In this document: positions 59,723-64,000 of the stretch, in pieces
Numbering within the stretch: position 1 is the first letter of the stretch
Layout: each line of letters begins with the position of its first letter
Source of the DNA: Chiloscyllium plagiosum
Lineage: Eukaryota
DNA length: 64,000 nucleotides
Assembly: GCF_004010195.1 (NCBI RefSeq)
Contig: NC_057749.1
Span: 9,594,572-9,658,571 of the forward strand
Reading direction: 5' to 3'
Notes under the pieces: generated by a model
The model's input: only the letters and a program-made list of their open reading frames with translations
What the model was told of the DNA's origin: nothing
Databases searched by the model: none
Made by a program: the position numbers and the translations under genes

Positions 59723-62252
59723 CTCTGAATTGCCAACACCTCTACATTTCCTTCCCATAGAAGCATTACTATCATAAGTCAGAGTTAAAAACACATAGCC
59801 CTGTGATAGTAATTTGTTAGAAAATTTGACAAGTTAAATAGAAGATTGCTCACACTTGATTAAACAATTAATTAATACAAACTAGCATTAAAGAATAAGA
59901 TGTTCATCCTGTTAATCAATTCTCAATTCATTAAAATGGGCCAAAGAGGAGAGATTTGTAAAGTAAATTAAAACTATATGCAAAAACCTTTATCTAAAGG
60001 CAAACATTGGCCCATAACTGGATATTTAGGAGTATCTATTATATTGAGTGGTTCATATATTGTATACCTTTGCACACTTTTAATGTAATTGTTGTACATG
60101 ATATGTAGACCTTCATATTTACAATAGAAAGTGCTAATGTAAATGCATCACACTGATTACACCCTCCTGCCAGAGGCTGACACTGTTTTGCCTAGAATTT
60201 ACCAGCAATTCAGAATGTAAAGCAGAGATATTGAGGCTTCTAAATTATTAAACTGAATCATGCACTGGCGATGCACGCTCCTGTGCAACACCATTGGTGA
60301 TTGACTGGCATTAACAATGTAATTACACAATTTAAGTGAAGTGAATTAACAATAGTATTGTAGCTACATCAACAGGATAAGTTATGGACAGAATGTAGTT
60401 TATGAATGTAGATTAGCTGTATGCCCAAAAGTATGTTGTCGAATTGCTATTCTCTCTAAATTTGTGACACAATACAATCATTATCACAGGTCAGAGAAGT
60501 TATAGTAATGGACAAAAATCAGCCAATTGGCAAAGCTGTCCAGTTCTCAAGAAGAGTCATATCATACTCAAAACATCAACTGTTTCTCTTTTCACAGATG
60601 CTGCCAGATCTAAGTTTCTCCAGCACTTTGGTTTTTAGTATACTTGTGGAGGGTGATGCATAGCGGCAGATTCAAATCATACGTCCTGGCTTCCATGTCA
60701 CATTTACCCTGTAACAAGTACGCTGTTGCAAGCCCCTTAGCTATGTCTGCTGTGCAAGTAGAACTCCCATCTTTCTGGCAGAAGTTTGGATTCAAGTCCC
60801 ACCCCTGACACTTAATCAGCTGGTCTAAACAATCCTGATGAAGGATCTTAACCTGAAAAGTCAACTTCTCCACCTCTGATGCTGCCTGTCTTATCATGTT
60901 CTTCCAGCCTCCTGTTACTCTACTTTATGCTCCAGTGCAGCAACAAAGGACAGCTGCACTGTCAGTGGCGCGGTCTTTCAGCTGAAATATTAAACCAAGG
61001 TTTCATCTCAAATGAATGTAAAAAATTCCATGCCATTATTTCAGAGTTGTCCCAGTGCCCTGGGCAATATTAATCCCCAATTTTAAAAAAAGACACAATT
61101 CATTTTCACCTGGTCATTTATCACGTTGATATCTGAAGGAGCTTGTTTAAAATTCACTCATGGGACATGAGCATTGATGGCTGGGCCAGTATTTATTGCC
61201 CATCCTTAGTTGTTCTTTGCAAAGGTGGTGATGAATTGCCTCTTGGACCACAGGCAGACACACAACATGACTGGGAAGAGTATCAGGACTTTGCCCAGCA
61301 ATGCTGAAGGAATGGAGATATATTTCCAAGTTGCGATGATGTGCAGCACGGAAGGGAACTTGCAGATGGTAGCAATCCCCAGTATCTACTGTTCTGTCCT
61401 TACAGATGGTAGATTTGGATTTGTAAGGTGCTGTCTAAGGATCTTTGGTGAATTGCTACAGTGCACCTTGTAGGTAGTACACTGCTGGTACTGAGCGCGG
61501 TGGTGGAGGGGCTGGATCTTTGTGGATGTGGTCACAGTCAAGTGGTTTGTTTGGTCCTAGATGATATCAAGCTGTACTTATTCAGCCAAGTAAGGAGTAT
61601 TCCATCACACTTCTGACTTGTGCCTTGTAGGTGGTGAACAGGCTTCGGGGAGTCAGGGGGTGAGTTACTCATTACATGATTCCTAGCCTCCTGCTCCAGT
61701 ATCTACAGTGATCATATTGCTAGCCAAATTCAGCTACTGAGCTTGCTGCATGTGATATTTTACAAATTTGTTGAGGGATGTGGGCTCAACAGGCCTAATT
61801 CCTCTGGAGCAGGTAGAGATGAGCTACCTTCTTGAACCATTGCAGTTCTTGACATCTAGGGGCACCCACAGTGCTGTCAGGGAGGGAGTCCCAGAATTTT
61901 GACTCAGCAACAATGAATGAATGACAGTGTGATTCCAAGTCAGGATGGTGAGTGTCTGTTGCATTTCAACAGTGACTTCTTGGCTGCAGAACATTTTGGG
62001 AATGGTCTAAGGCAATGTAGATAGATAGAGAGATAGAGATAATATATAGAGATAATATATAGAGATAGAGATAGGGAGAGAGACCTAGAGACCTATTGGA
62101 ATGTCTAAGGTGTCAGTGTTTCTACCCTGGCTTTGTGGTAGTACTCACACACAGCAGAAGATTCACTAATCTTGGTCTGTACATGGGTGAAAAATCAATT
62201 GCTGCCAAGCTGCATCTGAGATAATTTTCAGCGAATTATTGTGGTCCATTTA

Positions 62253-62550
62253 GGGTGGCATGGTGGCTCAGCAGTTAGCACTGCTGCCTCACAGCACCAG
62301 GGCCCCAGGTTCGATTCCAACCTCAGGCAACTGTCTGTGTGGAATTTGCATATTCTCCCCGTGTCTGCTGGGTTTCCTCTGGGTGCTCCGGTTTCCTCCC
62401 ATAGTCCAAAGATGCGCAAGTCAGGTGAATTGGCTGTGCTAAATTACCCAGAGTGTTAGGTGCATTAGTCAGAGGGAAATGAGTCTGGGTGGGTTACTCT
62501 TTGGAGGGTCGGTGTGGATTGGTTCCACACTGTAGGGAATATAATCTAAT
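62253..62550 (+). mobile_element. HE1 SINE
   Basis: Head, V-domain and tail. Confidence 0.85.
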
Positions 62551-64000
62551 CCATTAATTTATAAAAAGCCACACACACACAGACACACACAGAAAAGCTC
62601 AGCATCTGGAAAGAGATATCAGAGTTAACGTTGCAGGTCACATGACCCTTCCTCAGAACAGGGTTATTAATAATTTTTTTAAAATGCTACGGTCCTACCA
62701 GACAATGGAGCTGCTTCCTCATCAGAGAAGCAATTGGTGATGGTTGAACCTGAAGGTCACCGTGCCTCAAGTGAGGGAGAGTTTAAGAAGGAGAATCTTT
62801 CATGGCGACCTCAGCCAGTGCAGGAATTGAAACCATGTTGTTGGCATTATTCTAAAATGCAAACCAGCCAACTGAGCTAGCCACCCATCCCAAAATCGAT
62901 AGAAGGTTTCCATTTGAAGGTAACAAAGGTATCAAACCTCAAAATAAAGGAAAAAAAGCTGAAAATGCCAAGAAATGGGACAGTGCCTGAGTGTGTGTGT
63001 GAGAGAGAGAGAGAACGTTCTTAGCAGAGGTCATTAGCCTAAACTCCAGTTCTCTCTCTAGTCTCCAGTATTTTGGATTTCCTGCACCGACAAGTTCTTA
63101 CAACACTATGTTCAGTCACTGTTTCCAAACCCTGTTGTGTTTTTTTGTGCGATCATCTGATCTCATGTTGTAATGAAAGCACAATACTCTGGGTGGTGGA
63201 GGTCTGAAATTAAAAACAACTGAACAGTGCTGGAAAAACTCAGCAAATCTGACAGCAAAGAGACAGAGAAAAACAGAGTTAACATTTCGAATCCAATGAC
63301 CCTTCAACGATTCCAGTAACAAATTTTCTCTCATTCCAAAGCCAAATAACCTGGTGGGACTTTCTGATAAAGTTGTTTTATTCAGCGCCAGAGAGGCGCT
63401 TTGTAAATGCAGAGCCGTTGTTGGGAGACTCGTCAAGAAATTATTCTTTCCTTCTAAAGAAAACTCGAAAAGTTAACTCTGTCTCCACAGATGCTACCAG
63501 ACCTGCTGAGTTTCTCCCACACTTTCTGTTTTCTTTTAAAGTCTGATGCTGAATTCTTTTCATCTGTCATCCAGATGGCATTGGACAACTGCCAGGGCAG
63601 GGTCCTCAATTAAATTTTCACCCCTTCCCCCAAAATAAACATTGCTAATGCCAAGTTCTCTTTACCGTAAGCACGTGGACATTTCGCCAGTAGTCTTCCT
63701 GCACTGATACTGCAGGGTGATCACATGATTGTCAGGACACGCTTCTCTAATTAAAACAAGATGAGAACATTAGACAGTGGCCGGTCAACAGCGAGTCACA
63801 TCCAGCCCTCGCACGCACTTCGGTTTCATTGCGAGCCAGCTGGTTTGGCTGACCTCAACCGCTTACTCAGTACCCGCGACGCGTTTTATTCAATTGAGTG
63901 CCGCGCAGGCGTTTTGCAAATGCAGAGTTGTTGTTGTGGGGCACTTGTCTGGAATTGATTCCTCTGTTCGGTGCCGGGAGAGTGCAATCTTTCACTCTCT

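Noticed and set aside
833..62459. Dozens of 60-130 aa ORFs with recurring peptides (GRKPEHPEETHADTG, VVSTAASQ, VLEKHSRSGS)
   Set aside because: They are translations of HE1 SINEs and Penelope ends, not genes
1..64000. CRISPR arrays, operons or other prokaryotic/viral systems
   Set aside because: No regularly spaced repeat-spacer structure or dense long ORFs. The sequence is typical vertebrate repeat-rich DNA.

Overview
Repeat-rich elasmobranch (shark) genomic DNA. The taxon is inferred from about 20 HE1/V-SINE copies plus CR1/HER1, DeuSINE and Penelope families. I found no intact protein-coding gene, and almost all ORFs in the track are SINE/LINE/Penelope noise. Reading the unique sequence between repeats on the minus strand gives about 18 exon remnants from ~55.9 kb down to ~24.4 kb. 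Many have phase-compatible splice junctions. In order they encode a signal peptide, VWA_N helix, dCache, VWA, dCache and a hydrophobic C-terminal tail, which is the architecture of the Ca-channel alpha2delta (CACNA2D)/CACHD1 family. The sequence is far more divergent than I would expect of a CACNA2D1-4 or CACHD1 orthologue and carries stops, frameshifts and damaged splice sites. I interpret it as a decayed (unitary) pseudogene of a possibly undescribed family member. The window also has many short fold-back Penelope end elements with target-site duplications and minimal hammerhead-ribozyme cores, a telomeric filler at a CR1 deletion, and LTR, Harbinger, Rex1, RTE and Tx1 remnants. Protein comparisons were made by eye against recalled human sequences and need confirmation by search.
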